DNA of 64,000 nucleotides from an uncultured Candidatus Rokubacteria bacterium (lineage in GTDB: Bacteria; Methylomirabilota; Methylomirabilia; Rokubacteriales; DASRDR01), in NCBI GenBank assembly GCA_963826115.1, contig CAWGVS010000005.1, forward strand, positions 2,061,137 through 2,125,136, given 5' to 3'. The notes under the pieces were generated by a model. That model was not told the origin of the DNA. It saw nothing but the letters and a program-made list of their open reading frames with translations, and ran no database searches. Position numbers and translations under genes: made by a program. Shown one piece after another: positions 8,048 to 18,085 of the stretch (within the stretch, counting starts at the first letter, position 1; every line of letters begins with the position of its first letter).

Positions 8048-10477
8048 CTACCCCTTCCTCCGCGGCACCGCGAGGGCGCCCGGGGCGAATCCCAGGGCCG
8101 ACATGAGAGGCGCCAGCGCCTCCCGATCGCCCGGGGATCCGTCGCGCCACAGACGGGCGACGACGTTCTGGGCCTCCCAGAGATCCGGGGGGGCCTCGAG
8201 CCCAGCCCCGAGCGCCAGGAGCGCGAGCCCATCGGTGACGGCCGTGGCCGTGGCAGCAGCCCGGAGCGCCTCGAGCACGCGCCCGAGGGCCGACTGGATC
8301 GACGGCACGACCTGCTCGGCGGTCAGCTCCAAGGAGATTCCCAGCGACCGCGTCTCGGCGACGAGCTCGCGAAGTCTTTGCGCGGCTTGGGTCACGGGAC
8401 CGCCGGCGGCGAGCACGGCGAGCTCCTCCCTCGCCGCCCGAGCCAGAAGGCGACGGGCCACGTCCGCGAGAGACGGCGGGATGGGGCCCTCCACCAGGCG
8501 AAGCTCGGCCAGGAGCCGGCGGCTGCCGGCGTCGATCCACTCCCCCGCACCCTCCGGGGCCGCCAGGGCACGCTCGGAGAGACGGGCCAGAAGACGGCGG
8601 CGCTCGTCGGGAAAAACGTCATCGGCGCCGTATGACCGGCCGCCGAAGTGCCGGTCGAGCGCGGCAGGCAGGTCCCCCTGCCCTCGGCCCGAGAACTCCC
8701 GCAAGAGCGCGTCCCGAGCGAGCGCGAGCGCCTCCCCCTCCGATCCCGTTCGCACACGGCAGTGGACGTGGCCGTCATGGGCGTGCAGCACGGCCAAGTC
8801 CGCCTCCTCGCACTCGGTCGTGAGGCGCGCGGTCACGCGCACCCGGCCGACCGCGAGCGAAGCCTCGCCCGCGGCCACGCGGGACCACCGGAGCCGCTCG
8901 ACCCGAAACGCGTGGACGTCGGCCGGGTCTCCGTAGCCCTCTGACGGTCCCGCGATCGCGTAGTGGGCGGCCACGCGCGCGAGATCGGTCACGGCGGGTA
9001 ACACGTGGCGCCGCCACACGACGGCGCCGTCCTGCAGCTCGGGAACGTTCGATGGAGCGACCGCCAGACGCCGGACCAGCTCCGCCTCGAGCCCGGCGTC
9101 GCCGCCGAGCGCATTCGCCAGCTGCAGCACGCGCGCCGCGTACCGGAGCACCTGGACCGTCTCGATTCCCGAGATCTCGTCGAAGAACCAGCCGCACGAC
9201 GCGTACATGAGCAGGCGGTGGCGCTGGAGCTCGAGACACCGGAGCGCCTGGACGCGGCCCGCCGCGTCCAGCGGGCGGAGCGCGTGGCGCTCGAGGAAGG
9301 CCTCCACGGACGCGGGGCTCCGGTCGAGGACCACCTCTACGTATGCGTCACGCGCGGCCCAGGGATCCTTGAGCAGCGCGCCCGCTCGCGCCTCGTAGAG
9401 CGCGTCCACGGAGTCGCGCAGCCAGTCGAGCGCCTCGCGGAGGGGCGCCCGCCAGCGCTGCGTCCAGCCGTGATGGCGGCCGGCCCGGCATCCGCAATCG
9501 CCCCGCCACCGCTCGACGCCGTGCGCACAGCTCCACGAGGACCCCTCGACCACCCGCGCCTCCAGCGTGGGGGGATGAGCCGCGAGGAAGGCAGCGTGGT
9601 TGGTCAGGCTCGCGGCGCCGCTCGCCTCGATCCGGGCGGACGCCGCTGCCAGCGCCATCTCGCCGAAGCGATGGTGGTGGCCGTAGCTCTCGCCGTCGGT
9701 GGCGACCTGAACGAGCTGAGGGTGCGCGCCCTCGTCGAAACCGGCCAGGAGGCGCGTCGCCATCGCCTCACCTGATCGGAGAAGTCCGTCGAAGGCGACC
9801 GCGTGGGAGATCGCCCCGTCGTAGAAGAAGAGCGCGAGTGCCCGGCCCTGCCCTCCTTCCCAGCGGTACGCCCGTCGCGGATCGAGCGCCAGGGCTCCGG
9901 GCCGCCACTCCCCATCTGGCTCCCGCACGCCGGCGGCCTGCCCCGGCGCGAGGAGCGTGAAGCGCACCCCCTCCTCGGCCAGCACGTCGAGGGTCTCGCG
10001 ATCCGCGGCGGTCTCGGGAAGCCACATCCCGGCCGCCTCGCGACCGAAGCGGTGCCGGAAGTCGGCGAGACCCCATCGCACCTGAGTGACCTTGTCGCGC
10101 CGGCTGCAGAGCGGAAGGATGGCGTGCCCATATGCCTGAGCGATCGCGTTCCCGTGTCCGCGGTCCCCCCGGCTCACCCGGTCCGCTTCCAGGATCGCGC
10201 GGTAGACGTCGGGACGCTCCCGCTCGAGCCAGGCCATGAGCGTGGGGCCGACGTCGAAGGCGAGCGCGGCGAAGTTGTCGACGACGTCCAGGATCCGGTT
10301 CTGCGCGTCCACGCGGCGCGCGGCCGTGTTGGGCGCGTAGCACTCCGCGGCGACGCGCGCGTTCCAGTCGTGATACGGGGCGGCGGAGTCCTGGGTCTCG
10401 ACGCGCTCGAGCCAGGGGCTCTCGCGGGGAGGCTGGTAGAAGTGACCGTGGATCGCGACGAACCGCGGGCGACTCAT
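8048..10477 (-). CDS. Glycoside hydrolase family 57 / DUF3536 protein
   Basis: MSRPRFVAIHGHFYQPPRE start at 10477; GMWLPET (nucleophile Glu); ATDGESYGHH; SWSCAHGVERW; MYASCGWFFD. Confidence 0.9.
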   Translation of the reverse strand: MSRPRFVAIHGHFYQPPRESPWLERVETQDSAAPYHDWNARVAAECYAPNTAARRVDAQNRILDVVDNFAALAFDVGPTLMAWLERERPDVYRAILEADRVSRGDRGHGNAIAQAYGHAILPLCSRRDKVTQVRWGLADFRHRFGREAAGMWLPETAADRETLDVLAEEGVRFTLLAPGQAAGVREPDGEWRPGALALDPRRAYRWEGGQGRALALFFYDGAISHAVAFDGLLRSGEAMATRLLAGFDEGAHPQLVQVATDGESYGHHHRFGEMALAAASARIEASGAASLTNHAAFLAAHPPTLEARVVEGSSWSCAHGVERWRGDCGCRAGRHHGWTQRWRAPLREALDWLRDSVDALYEARAGALLKDPWAARDAYVEVVLDRSPASVEAFLERHALRPLDAAGRVQALRCLELQRHRLLMYASCGWFFDEISGIETVQVLRYAARVLQLANALGGDAGLEAELVRRLAVAPSNVPELQDGAVVWRRHVLPAVTDLARVAAHYAIAGPSEGYGDPADVHAFRVERLRWSRVAAGEASLAVGRVRVTARLTTECEEADLAVLHAHDGHVHCRVRTGSEGEALALARDALLREFSGRGQGDLPAALDRHFGGRSYGADDVFPDERRRLLARLSERALAAPEGAGEWIDAGSRRLLAELRLVEGPIPPSLADVARRLLARAAREELAVLAAGGPVTQAAQRLRELVAETRSLGISLELTAEQVVPSIQSALGRVLEALRAAATATAVTDGLALLALGAGLEAPPDLWEAQNVVARLWRDGSPGDREALAPLMSALGFAPGALAVPRRKG

Positions 10478-10616
10478 GGAGGCAGGAGACGCTCGGCCGC
10501 CCGGGCGCGTCGCGCGCGCCTCGGGACGGCGAGGTGACTCGCGTACGACCATGCCCAGCCGCTGGCCAGGACCCGTGCAGATCCGGTCAGGGCGATCGAA
10601 GACGAGGTCGCGGAAG

Positions 10617-10952
10617 CTACCAGCGTGGGGGCCGGCCCGAGCCTCCGCGGCCACCGCCGCCCATGCCCGACCCGCCGCGGCCACCGCCACCGCCACCGCC
10701 CGCCCCCTGCGGGTTGGCGAGCTCGACCTTGATCGTGCGACCGTCGAGTCGCTGGCCGTTGAGCATGCTGACGGCCTTCTGGGCTTCCTCGTTGGTCGCC
10801 ATCTCGACGAAGCCGAACCCTCGCGACTGCCCAGAGTATCGGTCGGTGATGACCGTCGCCGACTCCACCGTCCCGCACTGGACGAAATGCTCGCGCAGGG
10901 CCTCGGAGGTAGTCGAGTACGAGAGACCGCCCACATACAGCTTGACCGCCAT
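10617..10952 (-). CDS. RRM (RNP-1) RNA-binding protein with Gly/Arg-rich tail
   Basis: KLYVGGL (RNP2), RGFGFVEM (RNP1), GGGGGGGRGG tail; AAAGGAGG RBS. Confidence 0.93.
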   Translation of the reverse strand: MAVKLYVGGLSYSTTSEALREHFVQCGTVESATVITDRYSGQSRGFGFVEMATNEEAQKAVSMLNGQRLDGRTIKVELANPQGAGGGGGGGRGGSGMGGGGRGGSGRPPRW

Positions 10953-11331
10953 GGGACCTCCTTTGGTGACGGGTCGGAGCGTTCTTAGCCCCGAAGCATA
11001 GCACGGTCACCGGGTCCCGGGTCGAGGGCTCCGGCCACCGGTCATCCCACTCCCGAAACCTCGTGTGGCCGGTCTCGGTTCCCGTCGCCAGGGCGCTCAG
11101 GCGAGTGGTCACGGCGGGGTCGACCGCCCGGCTTCCTCGCGGAGCTTCCATCCGCGACGCTGAGCGTGGGCGGGGGGCCGCCCGGCGCGAGGCTTGTCCG
11201 GCGGGCGTGGAATTCATCCGGGCGGGTCTAGGAAGCCGGACGAGGTCCACGGCCGAGGCGAGCCGGTCCGGGTCGTCGCTCGGGCCGCCGCCGCCGAGCC
11301 CCCGCGCGCCTGCGCAGGAGCAAGACGGCAC

Positions 11332-12705
11332 CTAGCCGAACGGGAGGAGCAGCTTCGTCAGGGTCGCGCGAACCTCGTCGGGCGTCGTGACCCCGACGGC
11401 CCGCACGATCCCCTTCTTGTCGACCACGACGTTGTGCGGCACGCCGCGGAGGCCGAGCCGGGCGATGTACTCCCCGGTCGCATCGATGAGCACGGTGCCC
11501 TGGATGTTGTGGATCTTGCAAAAATGGAGGGCCTCACGCCGTGGATCAACGTGCTCCCACACGTTGACCATGACGATTTCGAGCCCGAACTTCGCGGCCC
11601 GACGACGCACTTCCTCGAGTAGCGGAGCCTCCGCGTTGCAGGGTCCTCACCAGCTGGCGAAGAAGTTCAGGATGTACTTCTTGCCTCGATACTCCTCCGA
11701 CGTGCGCGGTTTCCCGTCCGCCATGTCCGGCAAGCTGAACGACGGGAGGGGCTTTCCGATCAGAGGATGCTGCCAGTCCTTCGGGAGCTCGGCCGGCTCA
11801 CCGTCCAGCCGATCCTGGAAGATGCTCACCGTGCTGGTGGCCGCGTCCGAGACGTACACGGTTCCCGACTGCTGGTCGACAGCGAGGTCCCCGGGAGCCT
11901 TGCCGACCGGAACCCGCGCCCACTCCCGGCCCGTCTGACGGTCGATCACGCTCACCCGCCCCGTCCCCCGGTTGGCCGCGTAGATGCGATCACCCGCGCG
12001 CCCCAGACCCATGCCTACGGGGGCGCGCTCCACGGTGAGGGTGTCCACGACCTCCTGCTTGTCCAGGTCCACCACCGCCACCGTGCTGACCAGCGAGTTC
12101 GCGACGTAGGCGCGCCCCCGCGGCGCGTCGATGGCGATCTTGCAGGGCGCGTAGTCGAGCTTGATCTCCCCGATGGGCTCGTTCGACTGACCGTCGATGA
12201 CGGTCATCGACGCGTCCCCGAAGTTGACGCAGTAGACGCGGTCCCGCACCGGGTCGGAGCCGAGGCTGCCCGCCGCGGTCTTGGCCGGCACGGTCGCGAT
12301 GACCTCCAGCCGGTCGGCGTCGATGACGCTCACGGTGTTGTCCGCCGTGTTCCCGACATAGACCTTGCGACGCTCCGGATAGAAGCCCGCTCCGGCGGGG
12401 TAGTGCTGGACGGGGATCTGCGTGATGGTCTTGAGGGTCGCCGTGTCGATGACGGACACGACGTCCGAGCGCGCGTCGGTCGTGAACACGTGGCCACCCT
12501 GCTTGTCGTGCACGAGCCCGATCGGCTCGCGGCCCACCGGCACCTGGGCCACGACCTCGCGCGAATCGAGGTCGAACACGGCGACGCTGTCGCTCCGCGC
12601 GCACGCCACGTACCCTCGCCGACCCTCGCCATCGACGGCGATGCCCTCGGGCCCGTAGCCAACTGGAATCGCGCCTGGCGCGGGGAAGCTCTCCGACGTG
12701 CCCAT
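11332..12705 (-). CDS. YVTN/YncE beta-propeller fused to TlpA-like redoxin, predicted selenoprotein (UxxC)
   Basis: ORFs 11647..12705 and 11332..11610 are in the same frame and separated only by TGA at 11649-11647. Readthrough gives LNFFASW-U-GPC-NAEAPLL, matching thioredoxin WCGPC. SECIS-like hairpin follows. Confidence 0.85.
11622..11634 (-). promoter_or_regulatory. Candidate bacterial SECIS hairpin GCGGA-GGC-TCCGC
   Basis: Stem starts 12 nt after the in-frame UGA; G-containing apical loop. Confidence 0.6.
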
Positions 12706-12846
12706 GTGCTCTCCTCGAGACCAAACTCGCTCGTGCTAGGTGAGGGCCGGCGTTCCCGGCTCTGAGCCCGGCACACTATGCCCGATCACCCTTGGCGTCG
12801 CAAGTGATTCATGCCTCGTCGAGGGCTCGGCGCAAGGGGGCCGCCG

Positions 12847-13891
12847 TCACCCCTGCCCCTGCCCGCCCGCAGGATCCGCGAGCGAAAGCCGACGTCGACG
12901 GGCCAGCCCCCGGAGGCGCGCCGTCGCCTCGACCAGTCCGCCGGGAAGGAGGAGCACGATCCCGATGAACAGCACCCCGAAGATGAGCAGGTGCAAGTCG
13001 ACCCAGCGCAGCGCCAGATACTCCCGCAGGAAGACGAAGAGGGCCGCGCCGAGGACCGGCCCGTGCACCGTGCCCACGCCCCCGATGAAGGTGATCAGCA
13101 CGGCATCGAAGGTCCACGTCGGGCTGAACGCGTGCTGCGGGTAATAGCTGATGTGATAGAAGGCGAACAGCCCTCCGGCGAGCCCGGCGAGACCCGTGGA
13201 CACGGCCACGGCGGCGAGCTTGACGCGGAAGGCCCCCACACCGGACGCCTCGGCGGCCGTCTCGTCCTCCCGGATGGCCTCCATGGCGAGCCCGAGCCGC
13301 GAGGCGGCCAGCCACGTCACGGCCAGCGTTGTCCCGACCGCGAGCGCGGCCGCGGCGTAGTAGCGGTCCGTGAGCCGATAGGCCGCGATGGCCTTCGCCG
13401 GACAGCGTGGAGATCTCGGGGAGCAGGTTGCCGACCGCGATCCGGAGCACCTCGGCGAGCGCCAGGGTCCCGATCGCGAAGTAAGCGCCGCGCAGCCGGA
13501 ACGCGGCGAGCCCGACGGCCACGCCCGCCACGGTCGCGAGCGCGGCCCCCGCCGCCATCGCGACGGGAACCGCCACGCCACCCGCCCACAGATGGCGCGT
13601 CGCCAGAGCGCCGAGCCCGAAGAAGGCTGCGTGGCCGAGGTTCACCTGGCCCGCCTGCCCGCCCATCACGTTCCAGCTCTGAGCCAAGGCCACCAGCAGA
13701 AAGAACACGACCCCCAGGTTGAGCCAGTCCTCCCGGGTGACGGCGAGAGGCGCGAGCCCGAGGAGAGCCAGGGCCACCGCCGTCCCCGCGGCGCGGCCGA
13801 CCCCGACGCGACGCGCGCCCGCGCTCCACCGGGCCATTCGGGCCCGGCGTGAGAAATCGATCGGACCGCCGGCGGCCTTGGCGGGGGTCAC
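12847..13891 (-). CDS. Branched-chain amino acid ABC permease LivM-like (frameshift ~13400)
   Basis: AQSWNVMGGQAGQVNLGHAAFFGLGA, RLRGAYFAIGTL, AIREDETAAEASG, IGGVGTVHGPVLGA across two frames. Confidence 0.85.
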
Positions 13892-14761
13892 GCGCGCCCG
13901 AACAGGCCCTGTGGACGCGCCACCAGGACGCAGAAGAAGAGGAGCAGGCCCACCACCTCGCGGTACGCGCCTCCGAACACCACCGCGCTCAACGCCTCGG
14001 CACACCCGAGCACGATCCCGCCCACGAAGGTGCCGAATGCGGACCCGAGTCCGGCCAGCACGATCACGATCAGCGCCTTGAGGGTCCACTCGAGCCCGAT
14101 GGACGGGCTGATCGAATAACCCAGGCTCACGAGCGTCCCGGCCGCCCCGGCGAGGGCGGTGCCGATGGCAAACGCGAGCCCGTAGGCGCGGCGCACATCG
14201 ATCCCGACCAGGCTCGCCGCTTCCCAGTCCTCGGCCGTCGCGCGGATCGCCTGGCCCCACCGAGCCCGGCGAAGGAAGGCGTGCAGGAGAGTGAGTCAGC
14301 CCGAGGGCGACGAGGAGACTCAGGAGGCGTCCCAGCGGAACCACGACGCCCCCGACCGCGAGGGTGCGGCCTCGGTAGGCCGTCGTGATCGAGCGCTCGT
14401 CCGCGGTGAACAGCCGGACGGCCAGCGCCTGGAGGGTGAGGGCGAGCCCGAAGCCGACGAGGAGCGAGTTCTTGATCCGCGTCTCCTCGCCGTGGCGCAC
14501 GATGAAGCGGAACACGCCGCCGTAGAGGAGAGCGCCCAGCGCCCCCGCCATCGGGATGACGAGCAGCAGCGCCACGAATGGATCGAGCCCGAGGAGCGCG
14601 ACCAGCCAGAAGGCGCCGTACCCGCCCAGCATGATCAGCTCGCCGTGGGCCACGTTGAGGACCCGCAGGACGCCGAACACGAGCGAGAGCCCTGCGGCCG
14701 CCAGGCCGTAGAGCCCTCCGAGCAGGATGCCCAGGATCAGTTGCTGCGCGAGCGCCGTCAC
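13888..14761 (-). CDS. Branched-chain amino acid ABC permease LivH-like (frameshift ~14290)
   Basis: GLYGLAAAGLSLVFGVLRVLNVAHGE; second frame gives LKALIVIVLAGLGS...RPQGLFG. Confidence 0.85.
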
Positions 14762-14774
14762 GCCCGCCTCGCCG

Positions 14775-15494
14775 TCATGACTCGACCGCCAGCGGCCCGA
14801 GGTAGGCTCGCCGGACCTCGGGATCGGCCAGGACCTCCGCGCCCCGGCCCTGCCCCACCACCCGGCCGTGCTCGAGCAGATATGCGCGGTGCGCGAGGTC
14901 GAGCGCAGCCCGGACGTTCTGCTCGACGAGAAAGACCGCCACCCCTGCCCGGTTGATCTCCGCGAGCACGGCGAGCAGCGATTCCACCACACGGGGCGCG
15001 AGCCCCAGCGAGGGCTCGTCCAGCATCAGGAGACTCGGCTGAGTCATGAGTGCCCGCCCGATGGCGGCCATCTGCTGCTCGCCGCCCGACAGAGCGCCCG
15101 CCGGCTGCCGGCGTCGCTCGGCCAGACGCGGGAAGATCGCGTAGACGCGGTCGAGGGTCGCCCGGCGCCCGGCACGCGCCCGGGAACTGAAGGCTCCGAG
15201 CGAGAGGTTCTCCTCGACCGTCATGTGGCCGAAGAGCCGGCGGCCCTCGGGTACCATCGCCACGCCGCGCTCCACCACCCGGTGCGGCGGGAGCCCGCCG
15301 AGATCCTGGCCCTGCCAGAGGACGCGTCCCGCGCGCGGCCGCGTCAGGCCCGCGATGCAGCGAAGGAGTGTGGTCTTCCCCGCTCCGTTGGATCCGACCA
15401 GCGCCACGATCTCGTCGGAGCCGATCTGGACGCCGACTCCGACGAGGGCACGAAGCTCCCCGTAGGCCGCGTGGAGATCCCGCACCTCAAGCAT
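14775..15494 (-). CDS. ABC ATPase LivF-like
   Basis: GSNGAGKTT, LSGGEQQM, LDEPSLGLAP, VEQN. Confidence 0.93.
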   Translation of the reverse strand: MLEVRDLHAAYGELRALVGVGVQIGSDEIVALVGSNGAGKTTLLRCIAGLTRPRAGRVLWQGQDLGGLPPHRVVERGVAMVPEGRRLFGHMTVEENLSLGAFSSRARAGRRATLDRVYAIFPRLAERRRQPAGALSGGEQQMAAIGRALMTQPSLLMLDEPSLGLAPRVVESLLAVLAEINRAGVAVFLVEQNVRAALDLAHRAYLLEHGRVVGQGRGAEVLADPEVRRAYLGPLAVES

Positions 15495-16254
15495 CCGTCC
15501 TGCTCCCGGTTCTCTTCCCGCTTCCCCCGCGACCTAGATAGGCGTCGACGACAGCCGGATCGACCGCGACCGTGGCCGGCGCCCCGTCGGCGATCTTCTC
15601 GCCGGCGCTCAGGACCACGATCCGGTCGGAGAGGTCGAGCAGGGCCCACACGATGTGCTCCACGATCAGGAGGGTCGTCCCCTCACCGCGGACACGCCGG
15701 ATGACGTCCATGGCGTCGCCGGTCTCGGCAGGGGTCAAGCCGGCCATGAACTCGTCGAGCAGGAGAAGGTCTGCCCCGGTGGCAAGCGCGCGGGCCAGCT
15801 CGAGCCGCCGCCGCTCGATGAGGCTCAGACGGGTGGCCATGAGGTGTGCCTTCCCGCCGAGTCCAACCAGGGCCAGGAGGTTCGCGGCCGCGCGCTCCGG
15901 GTCCCGCCTCTTGCCCCGCAGGCGGCCGTGCAGAAGACCGACGAGGACGTTGTCGATCGCCGTGAGGCCGAGGAACGGCCGCACGTGCTGGAAGGTCCGC
16001 GCGACACCGTCAGCGCAGCGCTGATGCGGCGGCAGCCGCGTGACGTCCCGGCCGCGCAGGCGGATGCGGCCGCCGTCGGGACGGAACATCCCTGCGATCA
16101 GATTGAAGAGCGTCGTCTTGCCGGAGCCGTTCGGCCCCATGATGCCGACGACGCTGCCGGCCGAGACGTCGAGGGTCACGCCCCGAACCGCCTGCACGCC
16201 CGCGAAGGCCTTCGAGACGCCTTCGAGGGCGAGCAGGGGCTCGGCGCGCGTCAC
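15487..16254 (-). CDS. ABC ATPase LivG-like
   Basis: GPNGSGKTT, ARTFQ, LLLDE, VEH, AYLG. Confidence 0.92.
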   Translation of the reverse strand: MTRAEPLLALEGVSKAFAGVQAVRGVTLDVSAGSVVGIMGPNGSGKTTLFNLIAGMFRPDGGRIRLRGRDVTRLPPHQRCADGVARTFQHVRPFLGLTAIDNVLVGLLHGRLRGKRRDPERAAANLLALVGLGGKAHLMATRLSLIERRRLELARALATGADLLLLDEFMAGLTPAETGDAMDVIRRVRGEGTTLLIVEHIVWALLDLSDRIVVLSAGEKIADGAPATVAVDPAVVDAYLGRGGSGKRTGSRTDA

Positions 16255-16279
16255 GCGAGGTTCAGGCGCCGGCCACGGC

Positions 16280-17482
16280 TCACCGCTTGGAATAGGCCGG
16301 TGCCGGGTAGGCCAGCGGCTTGGTGGCGAACTCCTTCGGCCAGACCATCTCCTGCTGGCCGTCGAGCCACTGAAGGAAGGCTCCCTGCACGACGCCCGTG
16401 CCGTCGGCGCGGAACTTCACCGGTCCGACCACGGTCATCATGTCCGTGGCGGCGATGGCGTCGCGCACCTTCTCACGGTCCAGGGCACCGGCCTTCGTGA
16501 GCGCCGCCGTCAGGATCTGCACGCACGCGTACGCCGGGCCGGTGATCGGGTCGGAAGGCCGCCCGATCTTCTTCACGTGCGCGGCGTTCAGCTCGGTCAC
16601 GCCCGGATACTTGAACGCGTGATGCCAGCCCGGGGCGAACACGACGTAGTCACCGTCCTTGCCGAGGTTCTTCGACCAGACGGGCGCGTCGGGCGCGCGG
16701 ATCATGAGCGCCAGCTTGGGATTGAAGTCGAGCTCGTGCATCTGCTTGACGATCGCCATGCCGTCGGGCGGGGTCGGGAGGGCGAACACCGCGTCGGCCT
16801 GAGCCGTCTTGGCCTTCAGGATCAGGTCAGAGTAGTCCTTCGCGCCTGGGGCATACTCACCCTGGACGACCACTTCGTACCCGGCGGCCTTCCCCGTCTC
16901 CACCCACGCCGCGGCCATCTCCCGGCCCCAGTCGGTCTTCTCGAGGAAGAGCGCGACCTTCTTGGGACGCTCGGCGGCCGGAATCGAGGTCAGCATCGGC
17001 ACCATCTGCTGGCCGATGTCCGGCGACTTCCAGAACGGGGAGAAGAGGTATCGGAACCCCTGCTGGTGGATCTTGTGGAGGGCGAAGGCCACGCCAAGAT
17101 ACGGGATCTTGTTCTTCTCGGCCGCAGACGCCGCCGCCGCGTGGAGATCCGAGCCGAACGTGCCCAGGTACGCCACGACACCCTGCGTGGCCAGGCTCTC
17201 GTAGCGGGCCACGGTCTTCGTCGCGTCGGACTCGTCGTCCAGGAGCACGAGCTCGAGCGGCATCTTCGCCCCGCCCACCGTCACGCCCCCGGCCCGGTTC
17301 ACGTCCTCGATTGCGAGCTCGTAGCCGACCCGCACCTGTGAGCCCGGAGCCGCGTACCGCCCCGTCAGCGGCACGACCGCTCCGACCTTGATCGTCTGGG
17401 CGGAAACCGCCCCCGGCCAGGCGAGCCAGCCGGTCGCCAACACCGTCACGAGCCCGCTCAGGATCCATCCTCGTCGCGTCAT
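16280..17482 (-). CDS. Branched-chain amino acid ABC substrate-binding protein
   Basis: Signal peptide MTRRGWILSGL...AQ; IKVGAVVPLTG; LDDESD. Confidence 0.9.
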   Translation of the reverse strand: MTRRGWILSGLVTVLATGWLAWPGAVSAQTIKVGAVVPLTGRYAAPGSQVRVGYELAIEDVNRAGGVTVGGAKMPLELVLLDDESDATKTVARYESLATQGVVAYLGTFGSDLHAAAASAAEKNKIPYLGVAFALHKIHQQGFRYLFSPFWKSPDIGQQMVPMLTSIPAAERPKKVALFLEKTDWGREMAAAWVETGKAAGYEVVVQGEYAPGAKDYSDLILKAKTAQADAVFALPTPPDGMAIVKQMHELDFNPKLALMIRAPDAPVWSKNLGKDGDYVVFAPGWHHAFKYPGVTELNAAHVKKIGRPSDPITGPAYACVQILTAALTKAGALDREKVRDAIAATDMMTVVGPVKFRADGTGVVQGAFLQWLDGQQEMVWPKEFATKPLAYPAPAYSKR

Positions 17483-17758
17483 TGCGCCCCTCTCTTTCGG
17501 TGAGAGCTCCGGGCCAGACGGCGCCGCGCCGAGCGCCCGTGCGTCGGGCGCACCGACCCGGCGCTCGGCGCCGGCTCGTCGTGCCGTGCCTCGTAGAAGG
17601 TGACGTTCAAGAAGCTCGGAGGCGTCGGGGCAACAAGAAGCCGGGCGACCCCGGGCCGACGTCCACCGGTGTGTCTCGCGCCCATCTCCCCGATCAGGGC
17701 CGCCCACCGATCGCGCCGGCGCCCGGACCGCTTGACAGATTCCATCGAATGGTGTGTG

Positions 17759-17788
17759 ACACTAGCGAACCAAGCTTGCCGCTGTCAA
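17759..17788 (-). promoter_or_regulatory. Sigma70-type promoter TTGACA-N18-TAGTGT for the Liv operon
   Basis: Consensus -35 and a TAnnnT -10 on the minus strand, ~275 nt upstream of the SBP start. Confidence 0.45.
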
Positions 17789-18085
17789 CACGCCTGCCGG
17801 GCGCCCAGTCTGCCAGGTTGCTCGGCAAGCGGCGTGCGTCGGCCCGGGCCGGCCCGGGCCGCGAGGGAGGATCGTGGCGTCTGTCCAGTCACACGGGAGC
17901 GGGACGCATCCCGCATCCGACCATGCCCGCGCCGGACCAGCCAGGATCGCCTCCCCCCCACCATCCCGGAGGCGGACCCCAGTAGCTGGCCCAGGCCGAG
18001 CGCGGCAGCGCCGCGCCCCCGAAACCGCGACGGCCCGCGCGAGCCGGGAAGATTCCGGCCCCGCGTGGCGCCAGGAGGTCCCGCG

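Noticed and set aside
10640-10710. GCC/ACC-rich low-complexity repeat
   Set aside because: Encodes the Gly-rich tail of the RRM protein; not a CRISPR or VNTR
12809-14992. 727-aa ORF suggesting a LivH-LivM fusion
   Set aside because: Frameshift near 14290 bridges two separate permeases that overlap by GTGA at 13888-13891
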